Notes: a model not told the origin generated them from the letters alone. 64,000 nucleotides of DNA from Promethearchaeota archaeon (GCA_016839765.1 JAEOTP010000012.1:32001-96000); one strand, 5' to 3'. Positions 1 through 9,589 are shown, numbered from the stretch's first letter. Made by a program: numbers and translations.

Positions 1-35
1 ATTTTGATTTTTTTATTTTTAAAAAACTACAAATC

Positions 36-1403
36 CTAAAATGGATTATTTGCTCCTTCCCCAACTTTTCGATATATAAATCCCTTACTTTCAAGCTTTT
101 CCCTATTAAAGATATTCCTACCATCGATGATAATAGGAGTTCTTAATCTTTTTTTTAAATCATCCAAATCTATATTATAATATTGCTTATGGTTTGTAGT
201 AAAGATTAAAACATCCGCTTCTGATACTGCTTCATTAAAATTAGTGGTGAATTCTGTTAAATTATAATCTTTTAATTTAACATAAGGATCATGGGCAATA
301 TACACAATATTATGTGAGTGATATTTACTCGTTAAAAATTTAACTATATGTTCTGTTGGAGTATTTCGAACATCATCTGTATTTGCTTTATATGAAACTC
401 CTAAAAGAACTACTTTTATATTATCAACTAATTTTCCTACTTCTTCAAGAGCATCCTCCATTAATTCCACCATATGTTTAGGCATATAATCATTTAAATT
501 TCTGGAATCAGTGATTATTTTTATCTTCGGTTTATTTTTATTTGGTGTATATTTATCATATCCATACAACAATAACCATGGATCCTTTGTTAAACAGTGA
601 CCTCCAACTCCAGATCCAGGAAAATGCATCATTCTATCCTCTCTCTGATTTATTAATTTAATAATTTCAAAGATATTCCTGTCAAAATCCTCACATAATA
701 ATGCCATTTCATTTGCAAAGGCTATATTCACATCTCTATAAGCATTTTCGATACATTTAGTTAATTCTGCTGTAAGTGTATCTGTTATGTGTAGTTCTTC
801 TTTAACAATTTTACCATATAGAAATTTTGCTCTTTCATTTGCTTCTTTACAACCCCCACCAATCACACGAGGGATATCAGTAATAAATTCTAATAGTTTA
901 CCGGGCATAACACGTTCAAAAGAAAAAACTAAATAAAAATCCTCACCCCTTTTTAATCCACTTCCTTCTTCCAATATTGGTTGTACAATATTATTGGTTG
1001 TTCCAGGAGCAACAGTTGATTCAATAATTATCGTTACGCCTTTTCTCATATGTTTGGATATTTTTTCAGAGACTTCTATAAGTGATTCATATCTGGGGAT
1101 TTTATCTTCCATTTCAACAGGTGTTTGTACGTCAATTAAAATAAAATCCGCATTATTGCAACTATCATAACTCTCAGAAACGTAAAATTTCTTATTCTTT
1201 ACTACTCTAGAAATTAATTCATCTAATCCAGGTTCCTCTCCTTCAAAGGGATTTTTTCCACTATTAAGCCAATCTATTTTCCACCCCGATCTTTGAGAAC
1301 TTCGCTGAATTCCAGTAACAAAAAAATCTTCAACATCCGCTAGAATTGCAGCCATGGGAATTCCAACATAACCCATTCCAATAACAACAATATTCGTTGG
1401 CAT
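36..1403 (-). CDS. Nucleotide-sugar dehydrogenase (UDP-ManNAc/UDP-GlcNAc 6-dehydrogenase, WecC/WbpA family)
   Basis: Rossmann GMGYVG, ESTVAPGTT, ERVMPG, catalytic GVGGHC, KxxENAYRDVNIAFANE, C-terminal IIDGRN. Confidence 0.93.
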   Translation of the reverse strand: MPTNIVVIGMGYVGIPMAAILADVEDFFVTGIQRSSQRSGWKIDWLNSGKNPFEGEEPGLDELISRVVKNKKFYVSESYDSCNNADFILIDVQTPVEMEDKIPRYESLIEVSEKISKHMRKGVTIIIESTVAPGTTNNIVQPILEEGSGLKRGEDFYLVFSFERVMPGKLLEFITDIPRVIGGGCKEANERAKFLYGKIVKEELHITDTLTAELTKCIENAYRDVNIAFANEMALLCEDFDRNIFEIIKLINQREDRMMHFPGSGVGGHCLTKDPWLLLYGYDKYTPNKNKPKIKIITDSRNLNDYMPKHMVELMEDALEEVGKLVDNIKVVLLGVSYKANTDDVRNTPTEHIVKFLTSKYHSHNIVYIAHDPYVKLKDYNLTEFTTNFNEAVSEADVLIFTTNHKQYYNIDLDDLKKRLRTPIIIDGRNIFNREKLESKGFIYRKVGEGANNPF

Positions 1404-1509
1404 TATGATTCAAGTATTAGTAAGTTATTAAGGTTTTAAATAACTCATGATTGAAAAAACTTTATAAAAAATCAATTTTATTAAAAAAAAGAAAATTTAT
1501 GGAATGAAA

Positions 1510-2196
1510 TTAGGATTTCGGTTTCTTCTTATACGATGTGCCTTTTACTCCTTTAAAGATTCCAGCGATTATTGCTCCCGCTATGAAACCCCCTGCATGC
1601 GCCCAGTGCGCTGTAGAAGACCCAAATGGATTATAAAATGAATAAATAGCATAACTCAATTCGGTTATAAAATAAGTAAGTATGAAATAGCCTGCATTTA
1701 CTTTTCGCATTGACGTACCCGTTGCAGATGGAAGATAAAATTTATTGCCGGGGTAAAGAATTAGATAAACTCCCATAAGACCAAATATCGCTCCAGATGC
1801 ACCTAATGAAGGTATGCTTGCTAATAATGGACCCCAGACAGGGATAATTATCGCAGTTAAAGCATGAAGTAAAGTACCACAGAGCCCTGAAACTAAATAG
1901 GTAATAAGGTATGGGAAATGACCCAATGCGTGTTCACAGTTGTCTGTAATTACAATGAAAAACCACATATTCATGATTATGTGTACAATATCACCATGCA
2001 TAAACATTGAAGTCAATAAAGTCCACAATTTCTGCCCCGCAAAAAATTCTGCGGGAACAAATGCAAATTCAATATGCATTTGACCAGTAGGGTCCAATAA
2101 TTGCCAAATAAATACAATTATATTAGCCGCTAAAATAACTACTGAAAAATATTGCTTAAAGAAAGGAATTTTATCACTTTCAGCTTCTAAAACCAA
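1510..2196 (-). CDS. Rhomboid intramembrane serine protease
   Basis: TSMFMHG..HI..NM, catalytic GASG, AHAGG; multiple TM segments. Confidence 0.93.
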   Translation of the reverse strand: MVLEAESDKIPFFKQYFSVVILAANIIVFIWQLLDPTGQMHIEFAFVPAEFFAGQKLWTLLTSMFMHGDIVHIIMNMWFFIVITDNCEHALGHFPYLITYLVSGLCGTLLHALTAIIIPVWGPLLASIPSLGASGAIFGLMGVYLILYPGNKFYLPSATGTSMRKVNAGYFILTYFITELSYAIYSFYNPFGSSTAHWAHAGGFIAGAIIAGIFKGVKGTSYKKKPKS

Positions 2197-2308
2197 TTTA
2201 ATTCACTATTTTCAGTTAATTTTTATGAATATAATTACTTGTAGAATCTTCAAATTATTTAAGGATTATCATATTGGATAATAGATACCAAAAAAGGAAA
2301 AAAATAAT

Positions 2309-3142
2309 TTAATAAATCTTTGGTGTTTCAGAAGGATTTCCTAACATTTCATTCATTAACTCTAAAAAGTTATCAAAGTGTCCAGGTAATACTTTTTGAG
2401 TGTAGAATGCTTCAGCTGCTTTTATATTGGCCTTTTTCCCTATCGTAGATGCAATTGATCTTAACAATCGGTTTGCATATTTCGACAATTTCTTTAATTC
2501 TTCTGGCGAAACATTAGCAGGATCAATATCTGGCGCAAAAAATCGAGCTAAAAGTGTTAAAGTTGCTTCAAATTTCAGGGCTGCTTCAACTTTCTTTTCA
2601 ATTGTAGAAGAAATATTTACAAAACAATTAGGAGAATGGCCTAACAACCCCATAAACCATACTTCCGAACAAGAATATGGGTTTATATCATCTTTTACTT
2701 GTTCAGAATAGAGTAACGGAAATGCAGCAAAAGCTCCTGCTTCTGATGCCATCCTTCCAACAATTACATGGTCAGGGTGTACTTCGTAAGGAACCCACGG
2801 ATCAAAAGTCATTACTCGGTCAGCGCGTAACTTTCTAATAAAGTATATGAGTTTTTCTCGTAACTCTTGTCTGGGGATGAATCCTCCGTCCGGGTAATCC
2901 AATAGTATCGTTTTTTTAATTCCAAGTATTTTATTCGCTTCCTTTAGTTCTTTTTCTCGCATTTTTGCAACGTCCTCTTTAGTTAAATCAGTTCTTAGAG
3001 TTCCAAGATTTCCATTTGTACAACATAAAGCAAAAATATTATGCCCTTCTTCCGCCCATTTAGCTAAGGTTCCCGAACAGAAGATAGAAAGATCATCTGG
3101 ATGGCTGAAAATAGCCAAAACATTTATTTTTTTGGAATTCAA
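2309..3142 (-). CDS. PIG-L/LmbE family N-acetyl deacetylase
   Basis: HPDD and HPDH metal motifs, R..E...A...LG. Confidence 0.9.
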   Translation of the reverse strand: MNSKKINVLAIFSHPDDLSIFCSGTLAKWAEEGHNIFALCCTNGNLGTLRTDLTKEDVAKMREKELKEANKILGIKKTILLDYPDGGFIPRQELREKLIYFIRKLRADRVMTFDPWVPYEVHPDHVIVGRMASEAGAFAAFPLLYSEQVKDDINPYSCSEVWFMGLLGHSPNCFVNISSTIEKKVEAALKFEATLTLLARFFAPDIDPANVSPEELKKLSKYANRLLRSIASTIGKKANIKAAEAFYTQKVLPGHFDNFLELMNEMLGNPSETPKIY

Positions 3143-3261
3143 TTAAATCACCTGTTTTTAATTGATGAATAAAATATAACTTATTTATAAAACAAATTCA
3201 GTAATATTATTTAAAAATTTAAACCTTTATGCAATAAAAATAAAATTTTAGATGAATATTT

Positions 3262-4455
3262 ATGAAAATTGGACGATTAAGCCTAAATAACATTGCTAAA
3301 ATAAGACCCGATTCAGTAAAAAGAAAAAGAATTTCTAGTTATGACAAAACTGGTGGAAATTTTGATTGGCTTGAGATAGAATCTGGTGAAAAAGTAATCA
3401 TTGCTGAAGATAAGGGTACTGGGAGTATTAAGCATATTTGGTGCACCTCTTGGTGTAGAACAAAACATTACTTAAGAAATATAATTATTAGAATGTATTG
3501 GGACGGTGAACAAGAAAATAATCCTAGTGTAGAGGTTCCATTAGGCGATTTTTTTGGATTAGGTCATGCAAAGCACAAGAATTTTGTTTCTTTGCCTTTA
3601 CAAATGAGTCCTAGATCAGGTAAAGGATTTAATTGCTGGTGGCCAATGCCCTTTTCATTGGGATTTAGAATTACTATTGAAAATGACAGTTCGAAAAAAT
3701 TGAAATTGTATTATTATATTGATTATGAAATTTATGAAGATGGTTTTAAAAATGAAAATGATTTTGGGAGATTTCACGCTCAATGGCACAGAGAAAATCC
3801 TCCAGAAGCAAAAAGATTGGATGTTGTAACTGGGAAAAAGTATAAAAGATCGAAGCCAAAAAGTTTCCAGTTTCTTGGAAATAATACAGAACCATTAAAG
3901 TTTAACTATAAAATTCTTAACGCAAAGGGAAAAGGGCATTATGTAGGATGTCATTTAGATATAGACAACACTACTTCTTTACCTTATTATCTCAATTGGC
4001 CAGGAGAAGGAGATGACCAAATTTTCATTGATGATGATGTAGATAAAGGGATTCCAACTTTATATGGTACTGGAACAGAGGATTATGTAAATCAGTCCTG
4101 GGCACAGCAAAAAAAATATTTTGCACCATACCATGGTACTATTTTAGGCGGGGGTCTTAATTGGTGGGGTAAAATTTCTTATTATCGTTATCACATAGAA
4201 GATCCAGTCTATTTTAATAAAAAAATAGTTGTTTCAATAGAACATGGACATGATAATCATAGGAGAGATGATTGGTCTTCTACAGCATATTGGTATCAAG
4301 TTGAGCCACATGATTACAACTTATTTCCAAAATTATTAGATCGGGAAGCGAGAAAGCCAAAATCTCACATTGGTCATACTATTAGAAAATCATTCTGCAT
4401 ATTGGTACTAATTTCAATTGTATTCTTATGGATATACTTTACTTATCTAATCTAG
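3262..4455 (+). CDS. DUF2961 / GH172 family glycoside hydrolase with C-terminal TM anchor
   Basis: SSYDKTGGN, PSVEVPLGDFFG, GEGDD, GTGTEDY, IEHGH; hydrophobic C-terminus. Confidence 0.9.
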   Translation: MKIGRLSLNNIAKIRPDSVKRKRISSYDKTGGNFDWLEIESGEKVIIAEDKGTGSIKHIWCTSWCRTKHYLRNIIIRMYWDGEQENNPSVEVPLGDFFGLGHAKHKNFVSLPLQMSPRSGKGFNCWWPMPFSLGFRITIENDSSKKLKLYYYIDYEIYEDGFKNENDFGRFHAQWHRENPPEAKRLDVVTGKKYKRSKPKSFQFLGNNTEPLKFNYKILNAKGKGHYVGCHLDIDNTTSLPYYLNWPGEGDDQIFIDDDVDKGIPTLYGTGTEDYVNQSWAQQKKYFAPYHGTILGGGLNWWGKISYYRYHIEDPVYFNKKIVVSIEHGHDNHRRDDWSSTAYWYQVEPHDYNLFPKLLDREARKPKSHIGHTIRKSFCILVLISIVFLWIYFTYLI

Positions 4456-4517
4456 AATATCATTTAATTTATGGTAGATAAACAAAAGAAAATAATAAGA
4501 AAGAAAAGGGTTGAATT

Positions 4518-4910
4518 TTAAAGTATACCCTTTTCTTTTAAAAGTTTTTTAACATATTTTAATAAATCCTTTCCAGAAAAAGGTTTAGTGATATATCCAT
4601 CTGCCCCTAAAGCCTTTCCTTTTTGAATATCTTCGTTAAAACTCTTAACAGTAAAAAGTACAACAAGAATATCTTTAAAAAGATCATTACCTTTCAAATT
4701 CTGGAGTACTTCCCAGCCAGAAAGTCCAGGCATCATAACGTCAAGCAAAATTAACACAATACCGGGATATTTCTCTTCTACAATCTTTAGAGCCTCTTTC
4801 CCATTATTACAAGTAATCGTATCATAATTTTCTAGCTCCAAAAATTTTTGTGTAAGGTTTACAATATCAGGCTCGTCATCAACGACGAGTATTGTCTTTT
4901 TCTCAGCCAT
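4518..4910 (-). CDS. Stand-alone response regulator receiver (CheY-like)
   Basis: ILVVDDE, LLDVMMPG phospho-Asp, ITKPF. Confidence 0.95.
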   Translation of the reverse strand: MAEKKTILVVDDEPDIVNLTQKFLELENYDTITCNNGKEALKIVEEKYPGIVLILLDVMMPGLSGWEVLQNLKGNDLFKDILVVLFTVKSFNEDIQKGKALGADGYITKPFSGKDLLKYVKKLLKEKGIL

Positions 4911-5039
4911 TTTACTTCCGATCTTAAAGGTTAAATTATAATTTGTCTTAATTTATTTGGTATCATTAAAATTTTTAACTAATATATATGCATTTTTGTA
5001 TTTAAATAGTTTATCTGATTTTTATATATTTGATCCTAT

Positions 5040-5696
5040 ATGACGCGGAAAAACAAACTTCCAGAATTTCCAAATTCTTATTTAGGTGAAAAATCCTATG
5101 AATATGACAATTCAAAATGGATGGAAAGAAACCAAAATAAAACTACATTGTTATGTTTCCAATATTTATGTGATGAAAAATTGGATAACGTAGGAAAAAA
5201 AGATGTTTTGGACAAAAAACCATACATAACTCTGGATTTAGGATGCGGAACAGGATTTTCTTCTGAAATATTAATAGCCTCAGGTTTAAAAGTTATTGGT
5301 GTAGATATTTTGTTTGACATGCTTATAAAAGCTAAATCCAAAATACCTCACCTTGAAAATGGCTCGAATCTATATCTTATTCTTGCAGATATGAAATATT
5401 TACCTATAAGATCTAATTCAATTAATCATATAATTTCAATTTCAGCGTATAATTTCATATTGCATGAAAAAAAAGATTATAAAGACAGAAACAAAACTGT
5501 GAATAATACAGCTAAATCTTTAAAAAGAATATTAAAACCAAATGGAAGGATGATCATTGAATTCTACCCAACTAATGAGGAAGAATTGAATCTTTTCAGG
5601 TCTTCATTTACGGATAATGGGTTTAATGGATTTATGATTAAGCAGAATCCAAAACAAAAGAAGGGTCAAACTTTCCTATTATTAAAAAGGTGGTGA
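5040..5696 (+). CDS. Class I SAM methyltransferase, Bud23/WBSCR22-like (putative SSU rRNA m7G methyltransferase)
   Basis: LDLGCGTGFSSEIL, GVDI..ML, ISISA, FYP.NEE......GFNG...NP..KK...L match the recalled Bud23 motif order. Confidence 0.75.
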   Translation: MTRKNKLPEFPNSYLGEKSYEYDNSKWMERNQNKTTLLCFQYLCDEKLDNVGKKDVLDKKPYITLDLGCGTGFSSEILIASGLKVIGVDILFDMLIKAKSKIPHLENGSNLYLILADMKYLPIRSNSINHIISISAYNFILHEKKDYKDRNKTVNNTAKSLKRILKPNGRMIIEFYPTNEEELNLFRSSFTDNGFNGFMIKQNPKQKKGQTFLLLKRW

Positions 5697-5702
5697 TACA
5701 AC

Positions 5703-6845
5703 ATAGGAGAATGCAAATTCTGTGGAAAGAAAGATAAGTTAATTTCAGAAATTCTTCAAGCATGTAGGAATTGTATTTTAAATAAAGACTGGGAAAAGAT
5801 AAAATCCCATATCTTATCAGTTCATAGTCAAGTGAGAAAACTCGTTGGTTTGCCCATAAAGCCTCCCAAAGCAGAAGGTTCAGATATTCAATTGAAATGT
5901 AATTATTGTATTAACGAATGTATTTTATCTAAAGACGATGTAAGCTATTGTGGGCTAAGAAATATTTCAAAGAAAGAAACAGGCGAATTACCATTTCCTT
6001 CTAGATCCAAAGGTTATATTCACGGGTACATTGATGCGAATCCCACAAATTGCTGTAATGCATGGTTTTGTCCAGCAGGTACTTCACGGGGATATCCGGA
6101 TTATTCTGATTATAATGAACCGGAATTTGGCACATATTCATATGCAGCATTTCTATATGGATGTACATTTTCGTGCTTATTCTGCCAGAATTATAGCCAT
6201 AAGCAATTCCAGAAGCGACATCTATTTGATAGTGAAACTTTAGCAAATCAAATAGTAAAAAATGAAAAAATTACTTGTTTATGCTATTTTGGAGGCACTC
6301 CTGAAGCGCAATTACCCTTTACTATAAATTTAGCAGAATTAATATTAAAGAAGATCAAAAAGCAAAACGCTGTAAGAAAATTCAGAGTTTGTTGGGAGTG
6401 GAATGGCAGTGGTAATAAGGCTTTAGTTGATAAATGCATGAACATTGCCATTAAAACGGGTGGAAATATAAAATTTGATTTAAAAAGCTTTGATGAGAAA
6501 TTAAATTTAGCGCTGTGTGGCGTCAGTAATAGTAGAACACTTGATAATTTCAAATATCTCGCGGATAATTATTTTGGTACGCGGGGAAAGGAGATGCCAG
6601 AAATGAGCGGTTGTACATTAATGGTTCCGGGATATGTCAACCATGAAGAAGTGGAGTTAATTGCGACATTTATTAGTGAGATAAATCCTGATATCCCATA
6701 TAGCCTTTTAGTGTTTCATGGTGATTATCAAATGAGGGATTTATCGATAACACCACGAGATCAAGCGTTAAAATGCTTGAAAGTTGCTCAAAAATATTTA
6801 AAAAATGTACATTTAGGGAACAAGTTCTTATTGGGCTTTTCTTAA
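5703..6845 (+). CDS. Radical SAM protein (PflA/COG1180-like) with N-terminal Cys clusters; probable ATA start at 5703
   Basis: CTFSCLFC (CxxxCxxC), GGTPE, KFDLK, LMVPGYV. The frame is open upstream of the GTG at 5832 and encodes IGECKFCG..ISEILQACRNC, preceded by an SD-like AGGTGGTGA. Confidence 0.85.
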   Translation: MGECKFCGKKDKLISEILQACRNCILNKDWEKIKSHILSVHSQVRKLVGLPIKPPKAEGSDIQLKCNYCINECILSKDDVSYCGLRNISKKETGELPFPSRSKGYIHGYIDANPTNCCNAWFCPAGTSRGYPDYSDYNEPEFGTYSYAAFLYGCTFSCLFCQNYSHKQFQKRHLFDSETLANQIVKNEKITCLCYFGGTPEAQLPFTINLAELILKKIKKQNAVRKFRVCWEWNGSGNKALVDKCMNIAIKTGGNIKFDLKSFDEKLNLALCGVSNSRTLDNFKYLADNYFGTRGKEMPEMSGCTLMVPGYVNHEEVELIATFISEINPDIPYSLLVFHGDYQMRDLSITPRDQALKCLKVAQKYLKNVHLGNKFLLGFS

Positions 6846-6891
6846 TTTTACTCATTAAATCTAAAGATTCATCTATAATTAAATCAATCTT

Positions 6892-9024
6892 TTATGATTT
6901 TAAATGATATTCACCATCTCTAAAAAAAATAAGATGAGATTTTAATAGTTCATCAACCAAATCCAATAAAGAGGATTCAATTAACAAGTGTTCATTCCTA
7001 TTTTCACAGATCCATAAATTTTCCAATCTATTATCCATACTATCAAAATTGATATGATGAACTATACATTCTGGTTTTAAATATTTTCCATCAATAAGAT
7101 ACTTTTTTGACCATTGTAATTCAGGATGCTCTGTTAAGTATAGTTCAATAACATAACGATGCTCGTACATCCATCCATTATTATTCTTGGCAGTAGGATT
7201 TTCGAACCTTTTTGGTACTCTCATCCAAACTCGACCTTCACTATGCTGGTGTTTTCCAAAACCTCTCTTCTTATTTTCCATATCAATATTATGTTTAACT
7301 TTAGACCAATAATAAATAACACCTCTATCAACACCACATAATTTGGCAAGTCTTCTTTGTGTTAGATTAAAGTTTTCATCTTGAACAAGATGCTCAACCC
7401 ATTGTTTATGTAAATATAAAGGATTTTCATCCGAACAATTTGAATAAGGATCTAATGAAATTTGTTTTTCTGAAGATTGATTTTCACGAATTTTGACAAT
7501 CCAATTGTCAGAAATCTCTTTCCAATTAATTTTTTTAATCTCTTCTTTTACCAAGTTTATATCTTTATAGGGATTAATGGATATTGGTTTTAATAATTCA
7601 TTAATCTTAGACGAGCTTAATTTTCTACAATCAAAATTAATATTTAAGTAATATTTACCATCTTCAAAACCTATTTGATTCAATTTAATTAAATCTCTAA
7701 AACATTCATTTAATGATCTTTCTGCTTTCTTATGACTTTTAGTATTTTCATATAACCATAAATTTTTCAACCTATTATCAGATTTTTTAAAATTAATATG
7801 GTGAACATTACATTCAATCTTCAAGTATTTTCCGTCAATAAGATATTTTTTTGACCATTTTAATCCTGGATTTTTCAATAAATAATTTTCCATTACTATT
7901 TCATGTTCAAATCGAACATTTCTACCTTTTTGAGGGACTAATTCTGGATGTAAATATCCATTAGGCATATATAATTTTACATAACCTCTTTTGTCAATCC
8001 AACTTCCATTCGTCCAGTTTTTTGCGGGAATACCATGTTTTTTACGCCAATTTTGTATTGTAACGAGATGCACTCCGCATACTTCACTTATTAATTGATC
8101 AGTTAAATTCAATTTTTTATTAGTATAAATTGTCTCCAACCAAATCTTATGTTTATATAAAGGATTTATTCTTGAGCAATCTTGTTTAGGATTTAATCGA
8201 ATCTCATAATTTGAATGCTGATTTTTTGGATATTTAATATTCCAATCTTTTACGATATCGTTCCAATCTATTTTTTTAATAAAATCTTTTATTAATCTTA
8301 TATTTAGTTGCGTCACTTGTATTTCGGGCACTTTTATAAGTTTAGGTAGAATTTTGGAGGTATAATATTCTGTTGTTGCTTCTAATTTTTGTTCACACAA
8401 TAAGAGGTTAAAATTTTGATCGTAATTAATGGACTTCTGGTCCTTGCGGTTTGAGTGGATATTTGGTTTTGAGATTGGTTTTACGTTTTCATTTTTATCG
8501 ACAGGTTTTAGCGGAATAATTTTATTTTTAGGGGTGTAATTTGGCTGGAGTTTTGGGGGTGTAATTTTATTTTTAGGAGTATAGTGATGCTCGAGTGTGG
8601 GCTGTTGGATTTTATTGATGGGCTTGTCGGTTGGTTTGTTTTTTGGTGGTTTGATTTTATTTCTGGTTATGTAATTAGGCGGAAGTTTGGGCGGTCTAAT
8701 TTTGTTTTTGGGTATGTAGTGAGGTTGGAGAGTGTGTTGTTCGATTTCTTGTGTAGGTTTATTGGTTGGTTTATTCTTTGGTGGTTCGATTTTGTTTTTG
8801 GTCAGGTAATTAGGCGGAAGTTTCGGCGGTATAATTTTATTTTTAGGCGCGGAACGAGGGTCGAGGTAGTGTTGTTCGATTTCTTTTATGGTTTTGTGGT
8901 CTGGTTTAGTTTTAGGGAGTTGAATTTGGTCAGAGCGTATATCTGCATCTTTAAATTGAGGATTGTGGATATCTTCTTTCACATCTTTTTTGGGATGCTG
9001 AGTTTTAAATTTGATTTTAGTCAT
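6892..9024 (-). CDS. Protein with a Pro/Lys-rich repeat N-terminus and two tandem HTH + HNH endonuclease modules
   Basis: Two copies of EH..V.E.YL...P.L.WSKKYLIDGKYLK.EC.VHHINF...DNRL.NLW, 248 aa apart, each preceded by NPLY.HK.W..(NLT)....CGV....I..W. Confidence 0.8.
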   Translation of the reverse strand: MTKIKFKTQHPKKDVKEDIHNPQFKDADIRSDQIQLPKTKPDHKTIKEIEQHYLDPRSAPKNKIIPPKLPPNYLTKNKIEPPKNKPTNKPTQEIEQHTLQPHYIPKNKIRPPKLPPNYITRNKIKPPKNKPTDKPINKIQQPTLEHHYTPKNKITPPKLQPNYTPKNKIIPLKPVDKNENVKPISKPNIHSNRKDQKSINYDQNFNLLLCEQKLEATTEYYTSKILPKLIKVPEIQVTQLNIRLIKDFIKKIDWNDIVKDWNIKYPKNQHSNYEIRLNPKQDCSRINPLYKHKIWLETIYTNKKLNLTDQLISEVCGVHLVTIQNWRKKHGIPAKNWTNGSWIDKRGYVKLYMPNGYLHPELVPQKGRNVRFEHEIVMENYLLKNPGLKWSKKYLIDGKYLKIECNVHHINFKKSDNRLKNLWLYENTKSHKKAERSLNECFRDLIKLNQIGFEDGKYYLNINFDCRKLSSSKINELLKPISINPYKDINLVKEEIKKINWKEISDNWIVKIRENQSSEKQISLDPYSNCSDENPLYLHKQWVEHLVQDENFNLTQRRLAKLCGVDRGVIYYWSKVKHNIDMENKKRGFGKHQHSEGRVWMRVPKRFENPTAKNNNGWMYEHRYVIELYLTEHPELQWSKKYLIDGKYLKPECIVHHINFDSMDNRLENLWICENRNEHLLIESSLLDLVDELLKSHLIFFRDGEYHLKS
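8500..8883 (-). repeat. About 2.8 copies of a 135-bp (45-aa) imperfect coding tandem repeat, with a PKNKIxPPKLxPNY subunit
   Basis: EIEQHYLDPRSAPKNKIIPPKLPPNYLTKNKIEPPKNKPTNKPTQ / EIEQHTLQPHYIPKNKIRPPKLPPNYITRNKIKPPKNKPTDKPIN / KIQQPTLEHHYTPKNKITPPKLQPNYTPKNKIIPLKP. Confidence 0.9.
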
Positions 9025-9283
9025 GATATCTGGTTTTAATATGATACATGTTCTTAAAAAGGAGTAGATGTCAGAGGTTTATAAAGAAAAATTTAGTGTG
9101 GCAAAATAATATTAATAAATAATGTGAATTTAGGCAACAAATTTCTTTTAGGGTTTACTTAATTTTTAATGAATTAATTTTTAAGATTTATATAATAAAA
9201 TATTTATTTTACAAACAATTATCGTTCATACGATTACTAATTAGAATTAGAATAATCATTAAAGTAAAGGAGAACTTGGTAAA

Positions 9284-9589
9284 GTGCAGAAAGCTAGGAT
9301 TCGCTTAAGTTCCACTATACTAGAATCACTAAATTCAGTATGTGAGCAGATTGAGAGTGTATGTAAAAGCCAAGGAATAAAAAAGCACGGCCCAATCCCA
9401 TTACCTACTAAACACTTGAAAGTTCCGGTAATGAAAAATGTTTCAGGTCAAGGTACATTACATTGGGCTAAATATGAAATGCGTATTCATAAAAGATTAT
9501 TTGAAATTATTGCTAATGAACGGAGTATGCATCTAATTATGAAGATACAAATTCCCGAATCAGTTCTAGTTGAAATAGAGCTAATGTGA
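9284..9589 (+). CDS. rps10: 30S ribosomal protein uS10
   Basis: KARIRL.S, GPIPLPTK, EMRIHKR; archaeal-type length. Confidence 0.93.
   Translation: MQKARIRLSSTILESLNSVCEQIESVCKSQGIKKHGPIPLPTKHLKVPVMKNVSGQGTLHWAKYEMRIHKRLFEIIANERSMHLIMKIQIPESVLVEIELM

Noticed and set aside
5694-5696. Selenocysteine UGA joining the MTase and the radical SAM gene
   Set aside because: The position does not correspond to a Cys motif, no SECIS-like hairpin is visible downstream, and the SD + ATA start is simpler; kept only as an alternative
7081-7871. DGR template/variable repeat pair in the HNH gene
   Set aside because: Both copies are in-frame coding, differences are not adenine-specific, and no reverse transcriptase is present
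8584-9039. 151-aa + strand ORF rich in F/W/G/V
   Set aside because: Antisense shadow of the Pro/Lys repeat; the repeat's strand bias explains the lack of stops
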